Below are positions 24,288-32,967 of a stretch of DNA of 45,410 bases, piece by piece. The stretch comes from Puniceicoccales bacterium (GTDB taxonomy: Bacteria; Verrucomicrobiota; Verrucomicrobiia; Opitutales; LL51). Made by a program: the position numbers and the translations under genes. The notes under the pieces were generated by a model. That model ran no database searches and was not told the DNA's origin. It worked only from the letters and a program-made list of their open reading frames with translations. Position 1 is the stretch's first letter; each line of letters starts with the position of its first letter. Location: the NCBI GenBank assembly GCA_031278845.1, contig JAITJQ010000023.1, forward strand, positions 1-45,410. Reading direction: 5' to 3'.

Positions 24288-24902
24288 TTGAAACATATGT
24301 ATGCTTTAGAATCTTTAGGGGAGCGCTATCCTCAATTAGATATTTGTCGGGATGCAATCGAGCAAGCGCGCGATATTTTGGTCACCTCTCTTGAAGGTGG
24401 AGGAAAGTTATTGCTAGCGGGCAATGGGGGTAGTGCAGCCGATGCGGGACATATTTCCGGGGAGTTATTGAAAAGTTTTTGTAAAAAACGACCCATTCCT
24501 CAAGATATCGCCGCCAAAATCGGATCGGAAATGGCTTCAAACTTGGAGGGGGCATTACCGGCGATTTCGTTACCAGACTTCGTTTCCTTCCATACGGCCT
24601 ACGCGAACGATCGCAGTGCGGAGTATAATTTTGCGCAGCTCGTCTTAGCCCTAGGTGACGAGGGCGATGTACTATGGGCGCTATCGACTTCAGGGAATTC
24701 GAAAAATATCATCCATGCGATTCGGACTGCCCGGGCAAAAAATCTGAAGATAATTGGGTTAACGGGGCGTAGCGGTGGTACGATGTGCGACCTATGTACG
24801 ACTTGTATTTGTGTTCCGGAAAAGGAGACCTTCAAAATTCAGGAATTACATTTGCCGGTTTACCACGCGCTTTGTCAGGCAATCGAGGCTCATTTTTTCT
24901 GA
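24288..24902 (+). CDS. gmhA: SIS-domain sugar-phosphate isomerase (phosphoheptose isomerase GmhA family)
   Basis: The 204-aa ORF has GGKLLLAGNGGSAADAGHISGEL, GDVLWALSTSGNSKNI, IIGLTGRSGG and IQELHL. It has a TTG start at 24288, with an alternative ATG at 24297. Confidence 0.75.
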   Translation: MKHMYALESLGERYPQLDICRDAIEQARDILVTSLEGGGKLLLAGNGGSAADAGHISGELLKSFCKKRPIPQDIAAKIGSEMASNLEGALPAISLPDFVSFHTAYANDRSAEYNFAQLVLALGDEGDVLWALSTSGNSKNIIHAIRTARAKNLKIIGLTGRSGGTMCDLCTTCICVPEKETFKIQELHLPVYHALCQAIEAHFF

Positions 24903-25029
24903 GAAATAGGGTGACAAACGGTCAGTAATAATGGTTCGCTAGACGCTAAATATTGAGTCGTGAGGACAGAAAATTAAAAATATTCGAGAAAAAACTTGCA
25001 GTTTAGGGATAGATGATTTCGTAGTAACT

Positions 25030-25320
25030 ATGTTTTTAGCAACAGCAGCGGAACAGGTATCGGGACGTTCTCCTGGGGTAGAAATGCTTATCATGTTATT
25101 TTTATTTCTGGGTATGTGGTTTATCCTCATTGCCCCGCAGAAGAAAAAACAGAAAAAACATGAGGAAATGATCAATCTACTGAAATCGGGAGATAAGGTT
25201 CTCACGGCAGCGGGAATTTTCGGTGAAATTCGTGGTGTGAAGCCCGATCGTTTTGAGGTAAAAGTCAGTGAGCATACTATCTTAGAAATCCACCGCTCCT
25301 GTATTACCACCAAATTATAG
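25030..25320 (+). CDS. yajC: Preprotein translocase subunit YajC
   Basis: The 96-aa ORF has one TM segment. FILIAPQKKKQKKHEEMINLLKSGDKVLTAAGIFGEI matches the YajC pattern (RPQ.K..K.....L.KGD.V.T.GG..G). Confidence 0.8.
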   Translation: MFLATAAEQVSGRSPGVEMLIMLFLFLGMWFILIAPQKKKQKKHEEMINLLKSGDKVLTAAGIFGEIRGVKPDRFEVKVSEHTILEIHRSCITTKL

Positions 25321-25613
25321 TTTTCGCACTTTTATGGGATTTGTATGGATTTTGAAGGAGGGCCTTTGGGCGTCATAGCTTTAGTTTTGTGCTACATATT
25401 TTATTTACAGGCCCCCGTCTAATCGATTAATTTTGGATTTCTTTTAACGTATTTGCTGATGCGCGTATGTTTTTGTGTGTATTTTTGTGGTTTTATAAGG
25501 AATAAACCATAAACAAATGCATTAATTTATTTAATTTATTATTTTTCTATATAAATATATTGTAAAAATAAAATTATAGGCTATGCTTATGTCATTCAAC
25601 GAGAAAGAATAAT

Positions 25614-27701
25614 ATGAAAAAGTCGGTCAGTATACTAGTAATGGCATGCGCAGCGGCATGGAGTTGGGGAACGGCACCGAGTCGTATCCCTTTAATATCG
25701 GGGGACGAATCATCCTATGATACGCCATCATTTCAAATGTGGGGTGAAACTCCTTTAGTTTTCAAGGATGGGCGTGGATTTCATGTGGCGCCGTGGTTTA
25801 AGGCGATTCAACCCGATTTGTTACATTTAATTAAACGCAGTTATGTCCTTACGAAACGGGAACATAACGGCAAATTTCGCAATGAACATCGCATGTTATC
25901 GGACAGTTCGGCATTTTATGTTCCGGAGACCGGACACCAATGGATTTGTGATCGCAACTTTACCGGTATCCATGGAAAGCTGAAGGAGAGTTCGCGTATC
26001 GGAGGGGTATTGAATGTCGCATTTGAAGCGGTTACGCTTGGGAAATTTGCTCCGGAAATTGATTTTCCTGGATACGTTGCAGCTTTGCAAACTGGACCAT
26101 ACCACGTTATTGCCATCGTATTGAGAGGAAGTCAGGGGGAAGATTTTCAACCGGGATCGGGACTACTCAGTGCGAGTTGGGCAACGAATTACGATGCGGG
26201 ACCGTTCGAAGTCAATCCGGAGTTATACGGATTTAGCGGAAGAATGCATGGTGGTTACCTAACAAAAATAAATTCCTGTAATCTGCCTCAGGAAGAATTT
26301 GAACAAATGGTTGACGATCGTGAGATTAGTAATCCTTTACAATCGAGAGCAGATCTCGATTTCATTTATCCACTTTTTGAAAGTGTTCGGCGTGTCATTG
26401 AACAGATTCCAGATGATGAACGGGACCGTATACGTTTCGTTGTAACGGGCCACAGCCAGGGGGGAGGGTTAGCGCAGGTCGCTTTACCGCTCATGATCAG
26501 TCAATTTGGAGGAGCGATTCCCGGATTTGGCAATAATACGGAAACGCCACGATTTTTTGGATATTTCCTATCGGCTCCACGCGTTGCCGCCGATCAAGGG
26601 ACCGTCGATAGTTACAATGCGTTGGTTGGGCATGACAATATGATTAATCATTTTGCTTTCCGTGACGTCGTTACGATGGCTTGTCTGCACGGGTACAAAA
26701 CGTTAGGCCATTTGGCATGTGATTCGGCGAGGGATGTACTACATCGCGGGATTTGTTCAGAAGTTGCCCATAATAATCGCATGCTTTTGCTCAGTTTTAT
26801 TCAGGCGTGCATCGATGCTAGTGCTTTTGATACGGGCGATAATCAGCATTGGTTTTTGGAGGAGAATCCGGAGTTGATCATTTGTTGGGATGAAATTAAG
26901 CATCTTTTATCGTACCAGCAATTCACCTATGAGCGGATCAATCCGGATGGAATTACAGACCTATGTAACTTTGCACTCGACCAATATCGGCAAAGATATG
27001 CCATTGATGGAGATTTACATTTTACCGTAGATCAAATTCCGTTTACGAGATATTGCAATTGGGAAGAAATTCAGAGGATTTGTCGCGGCGACTTATTTCC
27101 CAACGAAATCCGACTCAATGAAGCAACCTGTGCCATACTTGATCGGGTTGTTGAGAACATCTATGGCAGGACGGCTATATTTTCAGCGGATGGAAGGTTT
27201 AATGTTAGTGCCCTAATCGATACGGTATTTGATTTATTAGATGCTGGGCGCGGTAGCGATAATCCTGGGGGATGCTTGGAGTGTCTAAAGCGTTGTTTCT
27301 GCTGTTGTTGTTCGCTCTTTGGTCGTTCCGATGTCCAAGCTACCTTTGATTTTGATCCGGAGTTCCAAGCATTACTGGAATCCAATGGCATTAATCCCTC
27401 CGACCTGGGAATAATTAAATTGGGAGGTAGTTCACTGATCGCCTACTTACATTTCGGTTCAGGGGCCAATGGTTTTAATGCGAAATTGTTCGATAAGTTT
27501 TTACCGTCAAGGAATCTAGAATTTGCCCTAAGGAATGGCGAAATTGTTACTACCCAACGGAATCCAGTATTGCGTTCGGAAATAAAGGAGATATCGCCTA
27601 TTATAGATGAATCCCATGAAGAATATTCCGATGGAGAAGTTTCGGCCCATCGTCCACCGAGTGTCATTTTTAGAATGAAAAAGTCAAAGTCAGCGACATA
27701 G
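25614..27701 (+). CDS. Secreted class-3 lipase-like alpha/beta hydrolase with a long C-terminal extension
   Basis: The 695-aa ORF has the signal-like leader MKKSVSILVMACAAAWSWG and the nucleophile elbow VTGHSQGGGLAQ. An upstream IAIVLRGSQG strand is typical of Lipase_3. The C-terminal ~330 aa have no family I recognise and contain CLECLKRCFCCCCSLF. Confidence 0.7.
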   Translation: MKKSVSILVMACAAAWSWGTAPSRIPLISGDESSYDTPSFQMWGETPLVFKDGRGFHVAPWFKAIQPDLLHLIKRSYVLTKREHNGKFRNEHRMLSDSSAFYVPETGHQWICDRNFTGIHGKLKESSRIGGVLNVAFEAVTLGKFAPEIDFPGYVAALQTGPYHVIAIVLRGSQGEDFQPGSGLLSASWATNYDAGPFEVNPELYGFSGRMHGGYLTKINSCNLPQEEFEQMVDDREISNPLQSRADLDFIYPLFESVRRVIEQIPDDERDRIRFVVTGHSQGGGLAQVALPLMISQFGGAIPGFGNNTETPRFFGYFLSAPRVAADQGTVDSYNALVGHDNMINHFAFRDVVTMACLHGYKTLGHLACDSARDVLHRGICSEVAHNNRMLLLSFIQACIDASAFDTGDNQHWFLEENPELIICWDEIKHLLSYQQFTYERINPDGITDLCNFALDQYRQRYAIDGDLHFTVDQIPFTRYCNWEEIQRICRGDLFPNEIRLNEATCAILDRVVENIYGRTAIFSADGRFNVSALIDTVFDLLDAGRGSDNPGGCLECLKRCFCCCCSLFGRSDVQATFDFDPEFQALLESNGINPSDLGIIKLGGSSLIAYLHFGSGANGFNAKLFDKFLPSRNLEFALRNGEIVTTQRNPVLRSEIKEISPIIDESHEEYSDGEVSAHRPPSVIFRMKKSKSAT

Positions 27702-27834
27702 ATTTAAGAGATTATATCATAGAGCTTTTGAGGTGCTACGATGCAATAGCACGTTGCCCTCAGTATCTGGGTGGTGATCATTAATCGCAGAAAAATTTCC
27801 GGGAACGATTCCCGAAAAAACAAAAAACCATCCA

Positions 27835-27870
27835 TCAAAAAACCAAAGGCCCATTCTTTAGAATGGGCCT
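27835..27870 (-). terminator. Rho-independent terminator of the Mip-like gene
   Basis: On the minus strand, AGGCCCATTC taaa GAATGGGCCT forms a 10-bp stem and is followed by TTGGTTTTTTGA. It lies between convergent genes. Confidence 0.65.
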
Positions 27871-27894
27871 GTCACATAACCAACTTATCGAATT

Positions 27895-28737
27895 TTATTT
27901 GGAAGGAGTTTTTGTATCAACTTTTGGTTCTTCTTTTTTGAGTTCTTCTTTTTCCGGCGTTGGCTGATTAATTTCATGGACCTCAATGAAAAACTCTAAA
28001 GTATGCCCATCACCATAAGCCAGTTCAGGAGGAATCCAAGCTTGAATTGTTCCGCCTTCGCCAATCAATTGGATTACTTCAGCCACACCGAGGGGGAGCA
28101 TAAATAGGTAAATAAGTTCTCCAAGTCCATTGGTATTCTCAATAATTTTGCCATCGATTGACCTTACTGTGAAACCAACTTTGACACTGTCATCCGGACC
28201 AGCACGCTTACTATTGCCCTGCTTAGTAATTTTATAAAGCGATCCCGAAACTGTTTTTTGGACGTCTGGTTCCTTTTGTTTTGCTGCTAGAAATGCTTCG
28301 TCGCGCTTTTTAATCTCTGTAATATAAATTTCTTTTTGTTTCTCTAAAAATCGTTGAAACTCTTCAATTTCTTTCTGATTAAGTTCGGGAAGTTCCTCGC
28401 CATTGAGTGCAGCTTTTAGGCCAAACATAAGTTGCTCTTTTTGCTGTAGATCCAAGCCAAATTCAAGAGCTCCCGTATTGTCAATGATCATGTGACCGAG
28501 CACCTGTAGATAGTGATTCTCCCGGGCTTTTTGGTCAACAACACTCACCGTAGGAGTAGCTAGTAAATCTGAGGCACCTTTCGCGGGTGATAACACTGGG
28601 ACTACGGGATTAGGCGCGGTACCTTTGGCAGGCGATACGGGTGCCTGTACTTGGACCGCAGGATCCTGTAATGCATATAACGACAATCCACTCCAAAGCG
28701 TGGATACAATAAGTAAATCTTTCCAATTATTCATCAT
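27895..28737 (-). CDS. Mip-like FKBP-type peptidyl-prolyl isomerase homolog (divergent FKBP domain)
   Basis: The 280-aa ORF has a signal-like N-terminus and a helical FKBP_N-like region. The C-terminal domain reads DDSVKVGFTVRSIDGKIIENT...IQAWIPPELAYGDGHTLEFFIEVHEI. It ends in a Lys/Glu-rich tail. Confidence 0.65.
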   Translation of the reverse strand: MMNNWKDLLIVSTLWSGLSLYALQDPAVQVQAPVSPAKGTAPNPVVPVLSPAKGASDLLATPTVSVVDQKARENHYLQVLGHMIIDNTGALEFGLDLQQKEQLMFGLKAALNGEELPELNQKEIEEFQRFLEKQKEIYITEIKKRDEAFLAAKQKEPDVQKTVSGSLYKITKQGNSKRAGPDDSVKVGFTVRSIDGKIIENTNGLGELIYLFMLPLGVAEVIQLIGEGGTIQAWIPPELAYGDGHTLEFFIEVHEINQPTPEKEELKKEEPKVDTKTPSK

Positions 28738-28994
28738 TAGCTTCCTAAGCGCTACTTAACCTAGAAAAGATGAAATGAAAAGCAAGAAAATAATTACAAA
28801 TATTTAAACGATAATGGAGTAGATGGCAAAATGGGTAATGAAAAGGGCAATCGGGGGTATCGGATACCATTTCGTCACGGAACTTTTGCGAAAAATTTTT
28901 ATGGCATACAGTGGAACTAGGGACGCGTGCTAAGCGTTTCGTAGCAAAAATCCAGTCCAATCGTTACTTTTTAGTGTAGAAGCGACATACCTAA

Positions 28995-29170
28995 CACTTC
29001 CCCCCTCTTCCCAAAGGCCCCCGGTTTTACAACCGAGGGCTGGATGGGATATGGATGGGAAATTCTTTAAAGCATAAACTTGGTTATCATGCTTTTACAG
29101 CACAATGCCTTGTTGGGCCGGATAAAGTAGACCTTTATCGCTTCATCCAGGTACAAGACATATTGCGTAA
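28995..29170 (-). pseudogene. Decayed copy 1 of the rpsT 3-prime end plus terminator
   Basis: The minus strand reads ...NKALCCKSMITKFML*, compared with authentic ...NKASRHKSMMAKFIF*. It is followed by the same cccatccatatcccatccagcc plus GCCCTCGGTTGtAAAACCGGGGGCC hairpin (core 29016-29064). Confidence 0.6.
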
Positions 29171-29430
29171 GTAACTAATGCAACCATAAAATGACAAAAA
29201 ATCAATATTTACGAAATTATCTCCAGAAGGTATAAAGCCGCTGGTCATTTGCTCACGTTACTTATCACTTTTGCGGCAATGATAAACCAATCAAGAAGAA
29301 CAAAATTTTTCCCTCATTGGCGCTTTTCGTAACACTATTGCAACGACGTCCACACATTATTTTTCTCTCCGAATAAAATAAATACTTCGAACTCGCATTG
29401 TTTTTCTTTCCGAACAAAGTGACATTCCCG

Positions 29431-29565
29431 ACTCGCTCTTCTTCCTAAAGGCCCTCGGTTTTGCAACCGAGGGCTGGATGGGATATGGATGGGAAATTTT
29501 CTAAAACGTAAACTTGATCGTCATGCCTTTATGATATAATGCCTTGTTGGAATGAGTAGAACAAC
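29431..29565 (-). pseudogene. Decayed copy 2 of the rpsT 3-prime end plus terminator
   Basis: The core 29450-29498 (ggccctcggttttgcaaccgagggctggatgggatatggatgggaaatt) is nearly identical to the true rpsT terminator region 29701-29749. The adjacent coding-derived sequence is degraded. Confidence 0.55.
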
Positions 29566-29692
29566 CCCCCACTGCCTTATCTAAGCACAGAACACACTCC
29601 ACAGACAACCATTAAATCATAGCAACAACATCCAACAACACTTACGCCCTATCCCCCTCTCCGAATGGAATGATACCTCCAACTCGCTCCTT

Positions 29693-29725
29693 CCCCAAAA
29701 GGCCCCCGGTTTTGCAACCGAGGGC
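29693..29725 (-). terminator. Rho-independent terminator of rpsT
   Basis: The minus strand has GCCCTCGGTT gcaa AACCGGGGGC followed by CTTTTGGGG. It lies 26 nt after the rpsT stop. Confidence 0.7.
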
Positions 29726-29751
29726 TGGATGGGATATGGATGGGAAATTCT

Positions 29752-30003
29752 TTAAAATATAAACTTGGCCATCATGCTCTTATGGCGCGAAGCCTTGTTG
29801 GAGTGGATAACAAAAACCTTAGCCGCCTTATCCAAATATGAAGTATACTCTATCGCTGCCTCTCGAACAGCAGGGCTGTTCTCCTTTGCTAGCGACATCA
29901 CCTTCTTAAACTGCGTCCGTAACCGGCTGATAATCATACGGTTCCTTATCGTACGCTTACCCGCCTGTTTAATACTTTTTAACGATGCTTTATTGTTAGC
30001 CAT
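29752..30003 (-). CDS. rpsT: 30S ribosomal protein S20
   Basis: The 83-aa basic ORF MANNKASLKSIKQAGKRTIRNRMIISRLRT... shows the typical S20 pattern. Confidence 0.9.
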   Translation of the reverse strand: MANNKASLKSIKQAGKRTIRNRMIISRLRTQFKKVMSLAKENSPAVREAAIEYTSYLDKAAKVFVIHSNKASRHKSMMAKFIF

Positions 30004-30111
30004 CCTCTTTCTCCACTAGATTTAAATTACGAGAAAAGAAATAGCAGCGTCGGTTGGCCTTGTCAAGTACTTTTTTCGAAAAAAATCTAATTCAATCATT
30101 TTCCCGAAAAA

Positions 30112-30918
30112 TTAGCAAACGATACTGGGAATGGAAGTCGTAACAGTACATTTGGGGCGTGATTTGGCATTTATTTTGCAGAGATTATTCTGGATAGACT
30201 TCTGTAACTGTTCGATACTGCTTTGGGCATACTGTTCCGGCAAAATAACGCGCAACGTGACCGAAATACGCGAAAATGGTTTCGGCAAATAAAACCGATC
30301 CCAGGAATTAAATCGCCAAGCGCGGCGTATTTTTACACCGGCAAGAACGATCGGTACACGCATTTCTTGGGCTAACATAGCGATCCCGGGCTTGACGAAA
30401 TACCGCGGCCCACGGGGACCATCGGGTGTAATCGTAACCGTATGGCCTTCCCGAATGGCATCGACCATCTCAAGGAAGGCGTTGCGGCCACCCCGTTGCG
30501 TCGATCCGCGAATCGCATGGATTCCGATATTGCGATAGATTTCCGATAGCCACGCTCCGTCCCGGCTCGGACTGATTAGACCATACATCTTTGTCCCTTG
30601 AAAATACTTTTGAAAGAGGTGAGAAGCAATGAAAAGTCGATTATGCCATAGGGCACACACTTTCGGCGTATGATCATATGTTTTGAGTAGCTGTAAGCTT
30701 TTTTCGTCGATTTCGATGTGAAGGGTCTTAGACCACATTTTTAGCGAGGCAGCGAGTAATTTTGCGAGTAATTTTTTTGCGGGTGATAGCCAATTGATGC
30801 GGACACTCATGGAAGCTGAGTAAAATCTTCGGAGAATATTTTCAAACAAATAAATCGCAGCCAAAGGAATGCAGTAGGCCAATTGACCGATAAATTTGGT
30901 GATAATGGAAGATTTCAA
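30112..30918 (-). CDS. Lysophospholipid acyltransferase family protein (DUF374)
   Basis: The 268-aa ORF has LWHNRLF, ISPSRDGAWLSEI, RGSTQRGG and ITPDGPRGPRY, characteristic of DUF374 as I recall it. Confidence 0.7.
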   Translation of the reverse strand: MKSSIITKFIGQLAYCIPLAAIYLFENILRRFYSASMSVRINWLSPAKKLLAKLLAASLKMWSKTLHIEIDEKSLQLLKTYDHTPKVCALWHNRLFIASHLFQKYFQGTKMYGLISPSRDGAWLSEIYRNIGIHAIRGSTQRGGRNAFLEMVDAIREGHTVTITPDGPRGPRYFVKPGIAMLAQEMRVPIVLAGVKIRRAWRFNSWDRFYLPKPFSRISVTLRVILPEQYAQSSIEQLQKSIQNNLCKINAKSRPKCTVTTSIPSIVC

Positions 30919-30988
30919 AGGAGGCCCAATTTGTTGTTAAATTTATTATTGTTTTTTTTTAAAAAAAGTATATCTTTCAGAACACGAT

Positions 30989-31486
30989 ATGGAAAACTGT
31001 TTAGATACTTTTAGAACGTATATTAAAGCGCTCGGCGAAAAATTGAAAATCGAAGATTTGGATTTGGATGAAAATAACGATTGTTATCTCGCTTTCGATG
31101 GGAAATATTTTGTCAAATGTTCCGTCGATGCGGAAAAAGCACAAGTCCGCCTTCTCGCCTATATCGGTTCATTACCCGGAGATAAGGAGATTTTTTACCG
31201 CGGTATTCTCGAAAGTTGTCACTTCTGGTGCGATACGGCCGGTGCAAATATTTCGCTTGATCCCACCGATCGTACGCTTTTACTCGTACAATATTGCGAT
31301 ATGAGTATGCTCGATAGCGACGCTTTTTATAATGCTTTGGAGAAATTCGTCAACGCGATGGAACATTGGGATACGAAACGCCTTGAGGAGTGGATGGCAA
31401 TGACCAGTAATGAAACCGAAGCGAGTAGTGCGGTAGCTGGTCCGGACGATGGGGGTGTGCCGGGAATGATGATGTTCGGTGTCTAA
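30989..31486 (+). CDS. Class I type III secretion chaperone-like protein (CesT/SycE-like)
   Basis: The 165-aa acidic ORF has the typical chaperone layout. This includes FRTYIKALGEKLKIEDLDLDENNDCYLAFDGKYFVKCSVD, RLLAYIGSLPGD, ILESCHFWCDTAGANISLDP and FYNALEKFVNAMEHW. This is a pattern-level call made from memory. Confidence 0.6.
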   Translation: MENCLDTFRTYIKALGEKLKIEDLDLDENNDCYLAFDGKYFVKCSVDAEKAQVRLLAYIGSLPGDKEIFYRGILESCHFWCDTAGANISLDPTDRTLLLVQYCDMSMLDSDAFYNALEKFVNAMEHWDTKRLEEWMAMTSNETEASSAVAGPDDGGVPGMMMFGV

Positions 31487-31492
31487 TGAAAA

Positions 31493-32077
31493 TTGGAAAT
31501 GTCCGCTGCTAATGCGATTGTTAATACGAGTGGCTTGGGATGTTGTCCCGTTTTATCTTCGGAGCGCCTGATGTTGCAAACGATACAGGAAAAAGACTTA
31601 AGCGCCATTGTTAATCTGCTATCCGATTATGAAACCGTCTGGATGTTGACCTATGCTCCCTGGCCCTATACGGTTCAGGAGGCCGTACTTTGGGTTAACT
31701 ATGTCAATAACATGTGTACGATGGGTAGAGGTTGTTTCTGGGGAATTCATGGAGAGGGAAATGTATTCATCGGGACGGCCGGTTTGTCGATTATTCCGGA
31801 GCATGAAAAGGCAGAGTTACACTATTGGCTTGGGAGAGCGTATTGGGGGCAGGGGTATGGGACGGAGATTGCCCGTCGCATTATGAGCTACGCCTTTGAA
31901 GATCTAAAAGTGAATCGCCTTGAAGTAAACCATATGGTACGGAATACCCGCTCACAGCACGTCATTGAAAAATGTGGATTTAAGTTTGAAGGGACATTGC
32001 GCTCCTACGTAAAACGTTTTGATCAATTTGAGGATGTAAAGTTTTATAGTCGATTGCGTGAAGAATTTTTAACATAA
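31493..32077 (+). CDS. GNAT family N-acetyltransferase (RimJ/RimL-like), paralog 1
   Basis: The 194-aa ORF has ERLMLQTIQEKDL, the GTAGLSIIPEHEKAELHYWLGRAYWGQGYGTE motif, VNRLEVNHMVRNTRSQHVIEKCGFKFEGTLR and an acetyl-CoA-binding Q/RxxGxG/A-type context. It has a TTG start at 31493, with an ATG at 31499. Confidence 0.8.
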   Translation: MEMSAANAIVNTSGLGCCPVLSSERLMLQTIQEKDLSAIVNLLSDYETVWMLTYAPWPYTVQEAVLWVNYVNNMCTMGRGCFWGIHGEGNVFIGTAGLSIIPEHEKAELHYWLGRAYWGQGYGTEIARRIMSYAFEDLKVNRLEVNHMVRNTRSQHVIEKCGFKFEGTLRSYVKRFDQFEDVKFYSRLREEFLT

Positions 32078-32139
32078 AATATTAAGTTGAAAAAATGCAA
32101 AATATATTTTTGTGGTTACAATAATTACGAAGGAGTAAA

Positions 32140-32967
32140 ATGAATAAAAAGTCGGTACGTTACTGTTGGATGGGGATTGGTGCTTTTTTGATCGGTTTAG
32201 GTGTTTTTGCAGTGGGAAAGCGGGCGGTGGAGCGTTGCCGTTGCCCTAGCCCGATCCATTATGCGACGCAAAGTTCGATTCCCGGTGAAAAGAGTTTAGG
32301 TCTTGGGAAATATGTTCTTCAACCTAGTCCGGAGGTATTGCGTGTACTGGAGGAAAAGGCGAAGCAGCCTATTCGCGAGAGTAATCCCAGTTTTCGGGGT
32401 CTTGCGGTGGCTCCCGTTTTGGGCACTGAGCGCCTCGTTTTACGGGGGATGGCTTCGAAGGATTTGGATAATTTGGCAGAAATTTTTTCGGATTACGAGA
32501 CGATATACATGACTGCTTTCATGCCTTGGCCATTTGATCGAAGTCACGTAAAAGTATACATGATGAATTTGAGTTATAACATGGAGAATGGCCATTCTTT
32601 ATATTGGGCGATTACGTTACCTGGGGAGGATCAGCTCATTGGCGTCATTGGGCTTACGCTGGAGCATGCGCACGACCGGGCTGAGATGCATTTTTGGCTA
32701 GGCAAAAAGCATTGGAGGAAGGGATACATGACGGAAGTGGCAAGGCGTATTGTGGACTATGTTTTCCGGGATTTGAAGCTCAATCGTTTAGATATCAACC
32801 ATTTAAATGTCAACATAGGATCGCAGCGTGTCGTTGAGAAATGCGGATTCAAATTGGAATGCGAAAAGGATGATTTTTGCAAAAAAGAGGGTAAATACGA
32901 GAACATGAAGTTTTATCGCCTTTTATGCCGAGAGTACTTAGCGGTACAGGAGCAATCAGATAGGTAA
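32140..32967 (+). CDS. GNAT family N-acetyltransferase, paralog 2, with N-terminal TM/signal segment and ~95-aa extension
   Basis: In the 275-aa ORF, residues ~95-270 parallel paralog 1 (ERLVLRGMASKDL...GVIGLTLEHAHDRAEMHFWLGKKHWRKGYMTE...LNRLDINHLNVNIGSQRVVEKCGFKLE). The N-terminus has a hydrophobic segment, MNKKSVRYCWMGIGAFLIGLGVFAVG. Confidence 0.8.
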   Translation: MNKKSVRYCWMGIGAFLIGLGVFAVGKRAVERCRCPSPIHYATQSSIPGEKSLGLGKYVLQPSPEVLRVLEEKAKQPIRESNPSFRGLAVAPVLGTERLVLRGMASKDLDNLAEIFSDYETIYMTAFMPWPFDRSHVKVYMMNLSYNMENGHSLYWAITLPGEDQLIGVIGLTLEHAHDRAEMHFWLGKKHWRKGYMTEVARRIVDYVFRDLKLNRLDINHLNVNIGSQRVVEKCGFKLECEKDDFCKKEGKYENMKFYRLLCREYLAVQEQSDR

